From: an uncultured Acidimicrobiaceae bacterium
Lineage (GTDB): Bacteria > Actinomycetota > Acidimicrobiia > Acidimicrobiales > RAAP-2
Length of the DNA stretch: 64,000 nucleotides
Assembly: GCA_963825965.1 (NCBI GenBank)
Contig: CAWGUX010000012.1
Location: 545,881 to 609,880, forward strand
Direction of reading: 5' to 3'
The translations under genes and the position numbers were made by a program. The notes beneath the pieces were generated by a model that saw only the letters and a program-made list of their open reading frames with translations, was not told where the DNA came from and ran no database searches. Positions 11,412-22,015 of this stretch are shown one piece after another. Position 1 is the first letter of the stretch. Every line of letters starts with the position of its first letter.

Positions 11412-12653
11412 GTGGAGCTCTCCTCCAACCTCCTCTTTCCCCGCCGCCCGACACGGCGCATCACGCTGGGCGGCGTGCCTATCGGCGACGGCGCCCCGGT
11501 GACCGTGCAGTCGATGACCACCACCAAGACCGCCGACGTCGACGGCACGCTGGCGCAGGTCTACGCGCTGGCCGCCGCGGGAGCGGACATCGTGCGCTGT
11601 ACCTGCAACGAGGAGGCCGCGGCCGAGGGCCTCGCCCACATCGTCCCGCGTTCGCCGGTTCCCATCGTCGCCGACATCCACTTCCACCACGAGATGGCGC
11701 TCGCCGCGCTCGAAGCCGGCGTCCAGGGACTGCGCCTCAACCCGGGCAACCTGCGCAAGGAGACCGAGATCAAGCAGGTCGCCGCCGAGGCCCGCGACCG
11801 CGGCGTGCCGATCCGCATCGGAGTCAACGCAGGCTCGCTGCACCCCGACCTCTACAAGAAGTACGGGGGAGCCACGCCCGAGGCACTGGTCGAGTCGGCG
11901 CAGAACGAGCTGGCCTACTTCGAGGACGTCGGCTTCAACGACGTCAAGATCTCGGTGAAGGCCTCCTCGGTGGCGCTCATGATCGCGGCCTACCGACTGG
12001 CGTCCGAGACCTTCGACCACCCGCTGCACCTCGGGGTCACCGAGGCGGGACCACCACCAGGCGGGCTGGTGAAGGGCACCGCCGGCATCGCCACGCTGCT
12101 GGCCGAGGGGATCGGCGACACCATCCGCTTCTCGCTGACGGCAGATCCGGTGGAAGAGGCACGGGCCGGTCGGCAGCTGCTCGAGTCGCTGGGTCTGCGC
12201 GAACGCAAGGGCCTCGACCTGATCGCCTGCCCGTCGTGCGGCCGGGCGCAGGTCGACGTCATCGCGGTGGCCAAGGAGGCCCAGGAAGCGCTCGAGAAAT
12301 TGCAGCTGCCCATTCAGGTCGCCGTGATGGGCTGCGTCGTCAACGGCCCGGGCGAAGCCCGTGAAGCGGACATCGGCATCGCGGCGGGCAAGCAGAAGGG
12401 CCACCTGTTCATCCGGGGCAAGATCATCCGCGTGGTGCCCGAAGCGGAAATGGTGGGCGCGCTCGTCGAGGAGGCGGAGCGCCTGGTGGCCGAAGGTGTC
12501 GAGGCGCGCATTGCCGCGGCCGACACAGGGGCCGAGGCGGAGGCCGAAGCCGACCGGCGCGCGCTGCTCGACTCGACCGGCGCCGACCCCAACCACACCG
12601 CCGAGAAGATCGAGATCATCCGGCGTCACAACGAGGGCGACGCCGGCGCCTGA
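11412..12653 (+). CDS. ispG: 4-hydroxy-3-methylbut-2-en-1-yl diphosphate synthase
   Basis: GTG at 11412 comes just after the rseP stop. VTVQSMTTTKTADV...IRIGVNAGSL...CPSCGR...GCVVNGPGE is uninterrupted. Confidence 0.95.
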   Translation: MELSSNLLFPRRPTRRITLGGVPIGDGAPVTVQSMTTTKTADVDGTLAQVYALAAAGADIVRCTCNEEAAAEGLAHIVPRSPVPIVADIHFHHEMALAALEAGVQGLRLNPGNLRKETEIKQVAAEARDRGVPIRIGVNAGSLHPDLYKKYGGATPEALVESAQNELAYFEDVGFNDVKISVKASSVALMIAAYRLASETFDHPLHLGVTEAGPPPGGLVKGTAGIATLLAEGIGDTIRFSLTADPVEEARAGRQLLESLGLRERKGLDLIACPSCGRAQVDVIAVAKEAQEALEKLQLPIQVAVMGCVVNGPGEAREADIGIAAGKQKGHLFIRGKIIRVVPEAEMVGALVEEAERLVAEGVEARIAAADTGAEAEAEADRRALLDSTGADPNHTAEKIEIIRRHNEGDAGA

Positions 12654-12704
12654 GCTGTGCGGCCGGTCATTCGGCCGCTGCCGCGCGCAAAGTACCCTGC
12701 ACGG

Positions 12705-14117
12705 ATGCCGAAGGGCGCCATCGTCACCCGGGAAGAGGACTTCCCGCGCTGGTACCAAGAGGTCATCGCGGGCGCGGAGATGGCCGAGAACGGCCCGTCC
12801 AGCGGCACCATGGTCATCCGGCCGTGGGGGTACGGGATCTGGGAGCTGCTCCAGGCCGAGCTCGACCGCCGTATCAAGGAGGCGGGCGCGGAGAACGCCT
12901 ACTTCCCTCTCTTCATCCCCGAGTCCTTCCTGAAGCTCGAGGCCGAGCACGTGGAGGGGTTTGCGCCCGAGCTTGCCATCGTGACCCACGGCGGAGGCAA
13001 GGAACTCGAGGAGCCGATCGTTCTCCGGCCGACCAGTGAAACGGTGATCAACCACTTCTTCTCCAAGTGGATCCAGAGCCACCGCGACCTCCCGCTCCTC
13101 ATCAACCAGTGGGCCAACGTGGTCCGCTGGGAGCTGCGCCCGCGTCTCTTCTTGCGCACCAGAGAATTCCTGTGGCAGGAGGGACACACCGCACACGCGA
13201 CCGAGGACGACGCCCGCACGTACGCCCTGCGCATCCTCCATGACGTCTACCGCTCCACGATGCTCGACGTGCTCAGCATGCCGGTGCTCACGGGCCACAA
13301 GACCGCTCGGGAGCGTTTCGCCGGGGCCACCCGGACATGGACCTGTGAGGGGATGATGGGCGACGGGAAGGCGTTGCAGATGGGGACAAGCCACGAGCTG
13401 GGGCAGAACTTCTCTCGTCCCTTCGACATCACCTACGCCAACGACTCTGGCGCGCTCGACTACGTCTGGCAGACCTCGTGGGGGGTGTCCACCCGGCTCA
13501 TCGGCGGCCTGATCATGGGCCACGGCGACGACTTCGGGCTCCGTCTGCCGCCCGCCGTAGCCCCGACGCAGGTTGTCGTGCTCGTCGTGAAGGACGCCCC
13601 CGAGGTCGCAGTGGCGGCGGACGCGCTGAGCGCGGAGCTGCGGGCGCTCGGACACCGGGTCCGACTCGACGACCGCACCGACACGAGCTTCGGCCGGCGC
13701 AGCGTGGACTGGGAGCTCAAAGGCGTGCCGGTCCGGGTCGAGGTCGGACCGCGCGACCTCGCCGAGGGCAACGTGACTGTGGTCACCCGACACCGGCGGG
13801 AGAAGCACAGCGTGGCCCTGGCCGGGACCGCCCGCGCGGTCGCCGCGGTGCTCGAGGAGGCGGGGGCCGACCTGTTGGCCGAGGCGACCGCAACCCTCGA
13901 GGCCCGGACGACGAACGTGGCCACCCTCGGGGAGGCCGTCGAGGCCGGCGCGGCCGGGTTTGCCCGGATCCGGCTGGGGGCGCTCGGGCCCGACGGCGAG
14001 GACCGCTTGGCCGAGCACGCCATCAGCGTGCGCTGTCTCCAGCGCCCCGACGGGTCGCTTGCCGAGCCCGGGGACGACGAACGCGATCTCGTGGCGGTGG
14101 TGGGCCGGTCGTATTGA
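12705..14117 (+). CDS. proS: proline--tRNA ligase, short archaeal/eukaryote-like type (no INS editing domain)
   Basis: ATG at 12705 gives approximately 470 aa. FPRWYQEV...IRPWGYGIWE...RPTSETV...FLWQEGHTAH. It ends in the conserved C-terminal Tyr (...VVGRSY). Confidence 0.95.
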   Translation: MPKGAIVTREEDFPRWYQEVIAGAEMAENGPSSGTMVIRPWGYGIWELLQAELDRRIKEAGAENAYFPLFIPESFLKLEAEHVEGFAPELAIVTHGGGKELEEPIVLRPTSETVINHFFSKWIQSHRDLPLLINQWANVVRWELRPRLFLRTREFLWQEGHTAHATEDDARTYALRILHDVYRSTMLDVLSMPVLTGHKTARERFAGATRTWTCEGMMGDGKALQMGTSHELGQNFSRPFDITYANDSGALDYVWQTSWGVSTRLIGGLIMGHGDDFGLRLPPAVAPTQVVVLVVKDAPEVAVAADALSAELRALGHRVRLDDRTDTSFGRRSVDWELKGVPVRVEVGPRDLAEGNVTVVTRHRREKHSVALAGTARAVAAVLEEAGADLLAEATATLEARTTNVATLGEAVEAGAAGFARIRLGALGPDGEDRLAEHAISVRCLQRPDGSLAEPGDDERDLVAVVGRSY

Positions 14118-14126
14118 CGCTGGAAT

Positions 14127-14135
14127 TGCTATAAT
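14127..14135 (+). promoter_or_regulatory. possible extended -10 element TGcTATAAT inside the palindrome GGAATTGCTATAATTCC (14122-14138)
   Basis: A perfect TATAAT with an upstream TG is rare in this GC-rich context. No -35 box at proper spacing (TTGACG lies only 10 nt away). It lies upstream of a terminator-like hairpin, so its function is doubtful. Confidence 0.2.
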
Positions 14136-14171
14136 TCCGGGGCTGTCCATTTTTAGATCAGTACCTCGTTG

Positions 14172-14200
14172 AAGCGTGGGCTGCGGCCCACGCTTTCGCT
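14172..14200 (+). terminator. intrinsic-terminator-like hairpin after proS
   Basis: A 10-bp perfect stem AAGCGTGGGC/GCCCACGCTT with loop tgcg, followed by tcgctttgc. Confidence 0.45.
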
Positions 14201-14242
14201 TTGCTGGCGCACGAACGAACAGGCACGAAAGGAGAGGAGGTG

Positions 14243-14755
14243 ATGGCGATGAGCAAGGAGATGAGCAGGGACACGACCGACCTGGCGGATGCGCTGTCAC
14301 CCCTCCTCGAGCTGCGGGGCCTGGACCTGGTCGATGTCGAGCTGCACGGGGCCCAACTCACGGTCTTCGTCGACCGGGAGGGAGGCGTCGGCCTCGACGA
14401 GCTGGGTGAGGCCAGCCGCGAGGTGTCAGCGGCGCTCGACGACCTGGACCCGATCCCGGGCCGCTACACGCTGTCGGTGTCGAGCCCCGGGCTCGAGCGG
14501 CGCCTGCGCACGCCGGCCCACTTCGGCCGCGCCGTGGGCGAGACCGTGACGATGCGAATCGACGCCGGCACGGCGGAGGTCCAGCGGATCACGGGGACCC
14601 TCCAGGCGGCCGACGACGACGGGGTGCGTGCTGGCCGGCCCCGAGGTCCCCGGCGGCGAGCTGCGCATCGCCTACGACCAGATCGAGCGGGCGCGGACGG
14701 TGTTCGAGTGGGGCCCGGCGGCCCGGAGTGCGAAGAGTGAGAGGGTGACGCGGCC

Positions 14756-14759
<4 letters not shown>
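14243..14759 (+). pseudogene. rimP: ribosome maturation factor RimP, one frame break (about 14627)
   Basis: The RBS aaaggagaggagg precedes ATG at 14243. ...YTLSVSSPGLERRLRTPAHFGRAVGETV...GTLQAADDDGV continues in another frame as VLAGPEVPGGELRIAYDQIERARTVFEWG. The stop overlaps the nusA ATG (ATGA). Confidence 0.85.
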
Positions 14760-16053
<1,294 letters not shown>

Positions 16054-16054
<1 letters not shown>

Positions 16055-16332
16055 CGCCGACACGGACCTGCGTCGGCTGCCGGCGAGCCCTGCCGGCCGA
16101 CCAGCTGATCCGGATCGTCCGGCTGCCGGGCGGGGCGCTCGCAGAGGACCGGCACGCGCCGGGACGCGGTGCGTGGTTGTGCCGAGGATCGGTGCGCTGT
16201 CTCGACGACGCGCTGCGGCGGCACGCCTTCGACCGGGCCTTCACGGCGACCATCGACGGCGCCGCGCTGGCGGAGTTACGTGCGCATCTAAATGAGCGGT
16301 GGGGGGGCGAACCACCCGATGTGCGAGGATAG
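16054..16332 (+). CDS. ylxR: YlxR/DUF448 family RNA-binding protein; 5' end unresolved
   Basis: This frame is not in the ORF track. It reads RTCVGCRRALPADQLIRIV...GRGAWLC...RRHAFDRAF, with stop TAG at 16330-16332. No ATG/GTG/TTG is in frame upstream, so a start-proximal indel is suspected. Confidence 0.65.
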
Positions 16333-16384
16333 GGGGCTGGGTTGACTCCACGCCCCGCGAGAGACCAAGGACACAGAGAGCCAC

Positions 16385-19229
16385 TTGCCGAAGAAGATCC
16401 GCGTCTATGAGCTGGCCAAAGAGCTAGGCCTCACCAACAAAGAGGGGCTTGAGCTGGCCTTGTCCCTGGGCATTGGGGTGAAGAGCCACTCGTCGTCCAT
16501 TGAGGACGCCCAAGCCGACCGCGTCCGGCGCAAGGCCGACGCCGATGGTCTTCGTCGCCCGGTGCAGCCCGAAGAGCCCGCTGCGGCCAAGAAGGCGGCC
16601 AAGGCGACCAAGAAGGCCGAGACCGCGACCCACGACGGCGCCCACCGCCGAGACCGGCACGCCGGTCAGCAGCGCGCCGCCCGCCAAGAGGGCGGTGGCC
16701 AGCTCGTCGGGCGCGACCGCCCCGAGCACCGCTCCCCCGGAGAAGGCGCCGGCCCGCGCCGCGTCGGCCCCGCCGTTAGCGGCACCGGCGAGTCCGCCGT
16801 CGACGGGCGGCCACGATGCCCCACCGCGCCCGTCGCGCCTCATCAGCAGCCGTCCCACGTCGCCACCGCCCGCGCCATCACCGGCGCCCCCGGCCCAGGT
16901 GCCGCCCGCCCACGCCCCGGCCGCCCACGCTCCTGTGACCCACGCCCCGGCCGCCCGCGCTCCCGTGGCCCACGCCCCCGACACCGCGGCCCCGTCCGCG
17001 CCCGAGCGCCCGCGCACTCGCCCGCCGCTCAGCCCCTCGGGCAAGCCCGTGCCCCCGCCGCCAGGCGGGCGCCCGCCGGTCGGCCCGAGCGGGCGTCCCA
17101 TCCCGCCCCCGCCCGGTATGGGCGGAAGGCGCCCCAGCACGGCGCCCCCTTCCTCGCCTCGACCCGGCGGCGGGTCCTACCCGCCGCGGACGGGCGGCCG
17201 TCCTTCGGGTGGCCGCCCCGGTGGTGCCGGTAGCGGTGGGGGAGGCGGCTTCGCCGGCCGTCCTTCGGGCGGCGGTTTTGGTGGCCGCTCTGGCGCCGGC
17301 GCGCCGACGGGCGCCCCACCCCCGGGCGGCCGAGGTGGCCTGGGTGGCCGGCGGCCACCCCCGCGAAGGTCGCGCCGCCGCCGGCGCAACCTCGAAGAGC
17401 TCGAGCCGACCCAGCTGACGACCTACCAGCCGTCGACAGCCCCGGTGCCTGAGGGCGAGATCATCATCGAGCGCGGCTCGACGGCGCGCGACCTCGGGCC
17501 CAAGCTGAACCGGAGCGCGGGCGACATCGTGCGCTTCTTGCTCCTCCAGGGCGAGATGGTGATGGCGACCCAGTCGTTGAGCGACGACATGATCGAGCTC
17601 TTCGCGGCCGAGATCGGCGCCGACGTGCGCCTGGTCGACCCCGGCGAGGAGCAAGAGGCCGAGCTGCTTGCCCGCTACTTCGAGGACGAGGACGAGGAGG
17701 ACGGCGCCGACCAGCGGCCGCGTCCCCCGGTTGTCACCGTCATGGGGCACGTCGACCACGGCAAGACGCTGCTGCTCGACCGCATCCGCTCGACCGACGT
17801 CGTGGCGGGGGAGGCGGGCGGCATCACCCAGCACATCGGCGCCTACCAGGTGGTCTGGCAGGACCACCGGATCACCTTCATCGACACGCCGGGCCACGCC
17901 GCCTTCACGGCGATGCGCGCCCGCGGCGCGCAGGCAACGGACATCGTGATCCTGGTGGTGGCGGCGGACGACGGCGTGATGCCCCAGACGATCGAGGCCA
18001 TCGACCACGCCAAGGCGGCCGAGGTCCCGATCATCGTGGCTGTCAACAAGATGGACCGGCCCGACGCCGACTCGTCCCGTGTGCTCCAACAGCTGTCCGA
18101 GCGTGAGCTCGTGCCGGAGGCCTGGGGCGGCGACACCATCGTCGTGGAGGTCTCCGCGCTGCAGGGCACCAATATCGAGGGACTGCTCGAACAGATCGTC
18201 CTGGTGGCCGAGGTGGAAGAGCTGACCGCGCGCGTCGAAGGCGAGGCCCGCGGCGTGGTGCTCGAGGCCAACCTGGAAGCAGGTCGAGGTCCCGTGGCCA
18301 CCGTGATCGTGCAACAGGGGACGCTACGGGTGGGCGACCCGGTGGTGGCCGGGGCAGCCTGGGGCAAGGTCAAGGCTCTGGTCGACGACCGGGGCGACCA
18401 CATCAAAGAAGCGCTTCCCTCGACGCCGGTGCAAGTCCTTGGCTTCTCGGAGCCGCCGCACGCCGGGGACGAGATGCGGGGCGCCAAGGATCTGGCCCGC
18501 GCCAGGACGCTCGGCGAGGCGCGGGCGCAACGCTTCCGGCTTTCGGGCCACCGGCCGGTGGCGGCGGCCGCTGGCGCCAAGCTCGAGGACCTGTTCGAGC
18601 AGATCTCCCGTGGTGAAACGGCGACGCTCAACATCGTGCTGAAGGCCGACGTGCAAGGCTCGCTCGAGGCGGTGACTGAATCACTGAAGCGCCTGGAGCG
18701 CGACGACGTGAAGTTGAGCTTCGTCCTGCGGGGCATCGGCGGCATCACGGAGAACGACGTGCAGTTGGCGGCGGCGTCCAACGCGACGATCATCGGCTTC
18801 AACGTCCGGCCCGACAAGCGATCGCGCGACCTGGCCGAATCGTCAGATGTGGAGATCCGAACCTACGAGATCATCTACAAGCTGCTCGAGGACCTCGAGG
18901 CGGCCATGCTCGGCCTGCTCTCACCGCTCTACGAGGAGATCGTGACGGGCGAGGCCGAGGTGCGCGAGGTGTTCCGGGTGCCCCGGATCGGCGCTGTGGC
19001 CGGTTGCTACGTGCGCGACGGCAAGATCACGCGTGGCTCCAAGGTGCGCTTCTTGCGCGACGGCACTGTCATCTGGAAGGGCGCGATCAACTCCCTTCGC
19101 CGCTTCAAGGACGACGTGCGTGAGGTGGCCGCGGGCTTCGAGTGCGGCATCGGGCTCTCGGACTTCCAGGATCTCAAGGAAGGCGACGTGATCGAGACCT
19201 ACGACGAGCGCGAGGTCGCCCGGACCTGA
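16385..19229 (+). pseudogene. infB: translation initiation factor IF-2, one frame break (about 16630)
   Basis: TTG start gives [30 protein letters not shown] (ORF 16385..17233). A Pro/Ala/Gly-rich linker, the GTPase [17 protein letters not shown]...DTPGH...NKMD and the C-terminal domains lie in ORF 16500..19229. Confidence 0.95.
16910..16981. repeat. imperfect 30-bp tandem repeat (about 2.4 copies) inside the infB linker
   Basis: The units are cacgccccggccgcccacgctcctgtgacc, cacgccccggccgcccgcgctcccgtggcc and cacgcccccgac. They encode [24 protein letters not shown]. Confidence 0.8.
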
Positions 19230-19265
19230 GGGCGCAGCGACGTCACGAGCTGAGGAGCTGACGCG

Positions 19266-19727
19266 GTGACCGTGAGACGGCGCACGGCGACATACCCGCG
19301 GGCGCTGCGGGTGAACCAGGTGTTGCGCCAGGTGGTGGCCGAGGAGCTGGAGCGGCTGGCCGACGCCGACGAGCTCCCCATGGTGACCGTGACCTCGGTG
19401 GAGGTGGCGGCCGACATGCGCGCCGCCGTCGTCTTCGTTGCCACCCTCGACGAGGCAACGGCCGACGCGCTCGAGGTGCGGCGCACCCACCTGCAACGCC
19501 TGATCGGCAGGCAGATGACCATGAAGCGCACGCCCCGGCTCAGCTTCCGGGCCGATCCCGCCATCGCCGCCGGCTCGCGGGTCGAGGAGTTGTTACGCGG
19601 GTTGCACGGCGACGACGACGCCGATGCGGGTCCCGGCGGTCCGGGTGGGGGTAGCGGTGCCGGCGGCGCTGGCAGCGGTGCCGTTGCGGACGAGCAGGGC
19701 GGGGGGCCCAGGGCCGACACCCCGTGA
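19266..19727 (+). CDS. rbfA: ribosome-binding factor A
   Basis: Intact ORF. RALRVNQVLRQVVAEELERL...VTVTSVEVAADMRAAVVFV...RTPRLSFRAD, with a Gly-rich tail. Confidence 0.9.
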   Translation: MTVRRRTATYPRALRVNQVLRQVVAEELERLADADELPMVTVTSVEVAADMRAAVVFVATLDEATADALEVRRTHLQRLIGRQMTMKRTPRLSFRADPAIAAGSRVEELLRGLHGDDDADAGPGGPGGGSGAGGAGSGAVADEQGGGPRADTP

Positions 19728-20608
19728 GCGCCCCGGGCGCGACCGGCTTGGTCGTCATCGACAAGGACGCCGGCTGGACCTCCCACGACGTGGTGGCGCG
19801 CTGCCGGGGCATCTTCGGCCAACGCAGGGTCGGCCACGCCGGCACGCTCGACCCTGACGCCACCGGAGTCCTGCTCGTCGGGTTGGGGCGGGCGACGCGG
19901 CTCTTGCGCTTCCTCACTGCGCTGCCCAAGACCTATTCGACCGACATCGTGCTCGGGACCTCGACGTCCACCCTCGACGCCTCGGGCGAGGTGCTCGCGA
20001 CCTTCGACATGTCCGGCGTGACGCCCGAAGGCGTCCAGGCTGCGGCCGATGCGCTCACCGGGGAGATCGAGCAGGTTCCGCCGATGGTCTCGGCGGTCAA
20101 GGTCGGCGGCCGGCGGTTGCACGAGCTCGCTCGCCAAGGTGTCGAGGTCGAACGGGCGGCGCGTCCGATCACCGTCTACCGCTTTGCCACCGAGCCGGAC
20201 CCGGCGCGGCCTGGCGTCTACCGCGCCGAGATCCAATGCTCGTCGGGCACGTACATCCGCGTGCTGGCCCAGGACCTGGGCGGCGTCCTCGGCGGCGGCG
20301 CCCACGTCGCCAACCTGCGCCGCACGTGCATCGGTTCGTTCGGCGGCAGCGAGATGCGGTCCCTTGACGGCCTTGGTCCCGACGACCTGCTCACCCCGGC
20401 CGAGGCCATGCGCGACCTGGAGCGGGTACAGGTCGACGTGGCCGCGGCGGCGTCCATCCGCACCGGGCTCCCGTTGGACAAAGTGCCCCTCGGGGCGACC
20501 GGCGACGGCCCGTGGGCCATGCTCGCCGAGGACGGCGAGCTGCTGGCCGTCTACGAAGGGACCGGGACGGACCGCATCCGGCCGGCCGTCGTGCTGGCGA
20601 GCGGATGA
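19724..20608 (+). CDS. truB: tRNA pseudouridine(55) synthase
   Basis: Intact 294 aa. GLVVIDKDAGWTSHDVV...VGHAGTLDPDATGVLLVGLG...GTYIRVLAQDLG. Confidence 0.95.
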   Translation: MSAPGATGLVVIDKDAGWTSHDVVARCRGIFGQRRVGHAGTLDPDATGVLLVGLGRATRLLRFLTALPKTYSTDIVLGTSTSTLDASGEVLATFDMSGVTPEGVQAAADALTGEIEQVPPMVSAVKVGGRRLHELARQGVEVERAARPITVYRFATEPDPARPGVYRAEIQCSSGTYIRVLAQDLGGVLGGGAHVANLRRTCIGSFGGSEMRSLDGLGPDDLLTPAEAMRDLERVQVDVAAAASIRTGLPLDKVPLGATGDGPWAMLAEDGELLAVYEGTGTDRIRPAVVLASG

Positions 20609-21558
20609 CGGGCTCCCGACTACCCTCGGTCGCGATGTCAGGAGCAGGAACCGCCGTCACGATCGGTGCGTACGACGGGGTGCACCTCGGCCACCGTGCA
20701 CTGCTCGAGGACCTCTCGACGCGGGCGGCCGCAGCGCGGCTGTCCACCGTCGTGGTCACGTTCGACCGGCACCCCGCTGCGGTGGTGCGCCCCGAGTCGG
20801 CCCCGAAACAGCTCACCGGGCTGGAGCAGAAGCTCGAGCTCTTGGCAGAGTGCGGCATCGATCGGACTCTCGTCATACCCTTCGACGAGCGCCGCGCCGA
20901 GGAGTCCGCCGAGGACTTCGTGAAAGAAGTGCTCGTCGACGAGCTGTCGGCGCGGCTGGTGGTGGTCGGTGAGGATTTCCACTTCGGTCATGGCCGGCGG
21001 GGCAACGTCGAGCTCCTGCGCCAGTTGGGCGCGGCGTACGGGTTCGACGTCGTGGGCGTGGGCCTGACCGGCGACGGCCGCGAGGCCGTGTCCTCGACGC
21101 GCATCCGCGCGCTGCTCGCCGAGGGTGACGTGGAGAGCGCAGCGCGCGCTTCTCGGGCGGCCGCACGAAGTGCGGGGACCGGTGCGTGCGCGGTGACGGA
21201 CGAGGAGGGCCCGAGCTGGGGTTCCCGACCGCCAACCTGGCGGTGGCCGACGACATCGCCCTCCCTGCGGACGCGGTGTACGCCGGGCACTTCCGCCGGG
21301 CCGACGGCTCGGTGCACCGGGCGGCCATCTCGGTCGGGCGCCGGCCCACCTTCTACGAGCCGGGCACGGCGCCGGTGCTGGTGGAGGCCTATCTGCTGCA
21401 CTTCGACGGCGACCTCTACGGCGAGGCGGTCCGCGTGCTCCTTCGAGCACCGCCTCCGTGACGAACAGCGCTTCGACTCCATTGAGGACCTGGTGGCGCA
21501 GATGCGGGCGGATGTGGCGGCTACCGAGCAGGTGCTCGCCTCGGCCGATCACCCCTGA
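20605..21558 (+). pseudogene. ribF: bifunctional riboflavin kinase/FAD synthetase, three +1 frame breaks that restore the frame
   Basis: The FAD synthetase part GAYDGVHLGHRALL...VGEDFHFGHGRRGN is in the frame of ORF 20512..21558. The kinase part LLGRPHEVRGPV / VRGDGRGGPELGFPTANL...RRPTFYE...LLHFDGDLYGEAVRV (ORF 21186..21461) is in other frames. SFEHRLRDEQRF returns to the first frame. Confidence 0.9.
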
Positions 21559-21639
21559 TCAGGCAGGGGCTGCTAGCATATTCTCCGGCCGGGGACTGGT
21601 CCCCGGGCACTCCGACATTTTCTCCGAGGTTCTTTCTGT

Positions 21640-21897
21640 ATGCCCGACACGCAGGCCACCATCTCCGAGTACCGGTTGCACGACCATGACACCGGCTCTC
21701 CCGAGGTGCAGATTGCCCTGCTGTCGGGCCGGATCAACCACCTGACGGAGCATCTGAAGGAGCACAAAGGGGACCACCACACTCGGCGCGGCCTGATGAA
21801 GCTCATCGGCCAGCGTCGCCGGCTGCTCGACTACGTACGTAAGAACGACGTTGAGCGCTACCGCTCCATCATCAGCCGTCTCGGCATTCGACGGTAG
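21640..21897 (+). CDS. rpsO: 30S ribosomal protein S15
   Basis: Intact 85 aa. [47 protein letters not shown]. Confidence 0.97.
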   Translation: MPDTQATISEYRLHDHDTGSPEVQIALLSGRINHLTEHLKEHKGDHHTRRGLMKLIGQRRRLLDYVRKNDVERYRSIISRLGIRR

Positions 21898-22015
21898 CGG
21901 GGCACCACAGAACCGGGCGTCTCCAGCCACTGGCTGCCAGTCGCCGGTCACTTCGGGTGCGAGGTGGTCGACCACTGGGAACCAGCGGAGATGCCCCTGA
22001 CAAACGAGGAGCATC

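Noticed and set aside
14113-14135. A full sigma-70-type promoter formed by TTGACG plus TATAAT
   Set aside because: The two hexamers are only about 10 nt apart, far from the 16-18 nt needed. Only the extended -10 element remains as a weak candidate.
11379-14300. 973-aa minus-strand ORF, the longest in this part of the track
   Set aside because: It lies antisense to the clearly real ispG and proS. The translation is Arg/Gly/Pro/Ala/Asp-rich with no recognisable motif. This is the typical stop-poor shadow frame of high-GC DNA.
16424-18314. Minus-strand Gly/Arg-rich ORFs (16424..17140, 16878..18314) and the small plus-strand ORFs within infB
   Set aside because: They are antisense or off-frame readings of the Pro/Ala/Gly-rich IF-2 linker and GTPase domain, with no independent coding signal.
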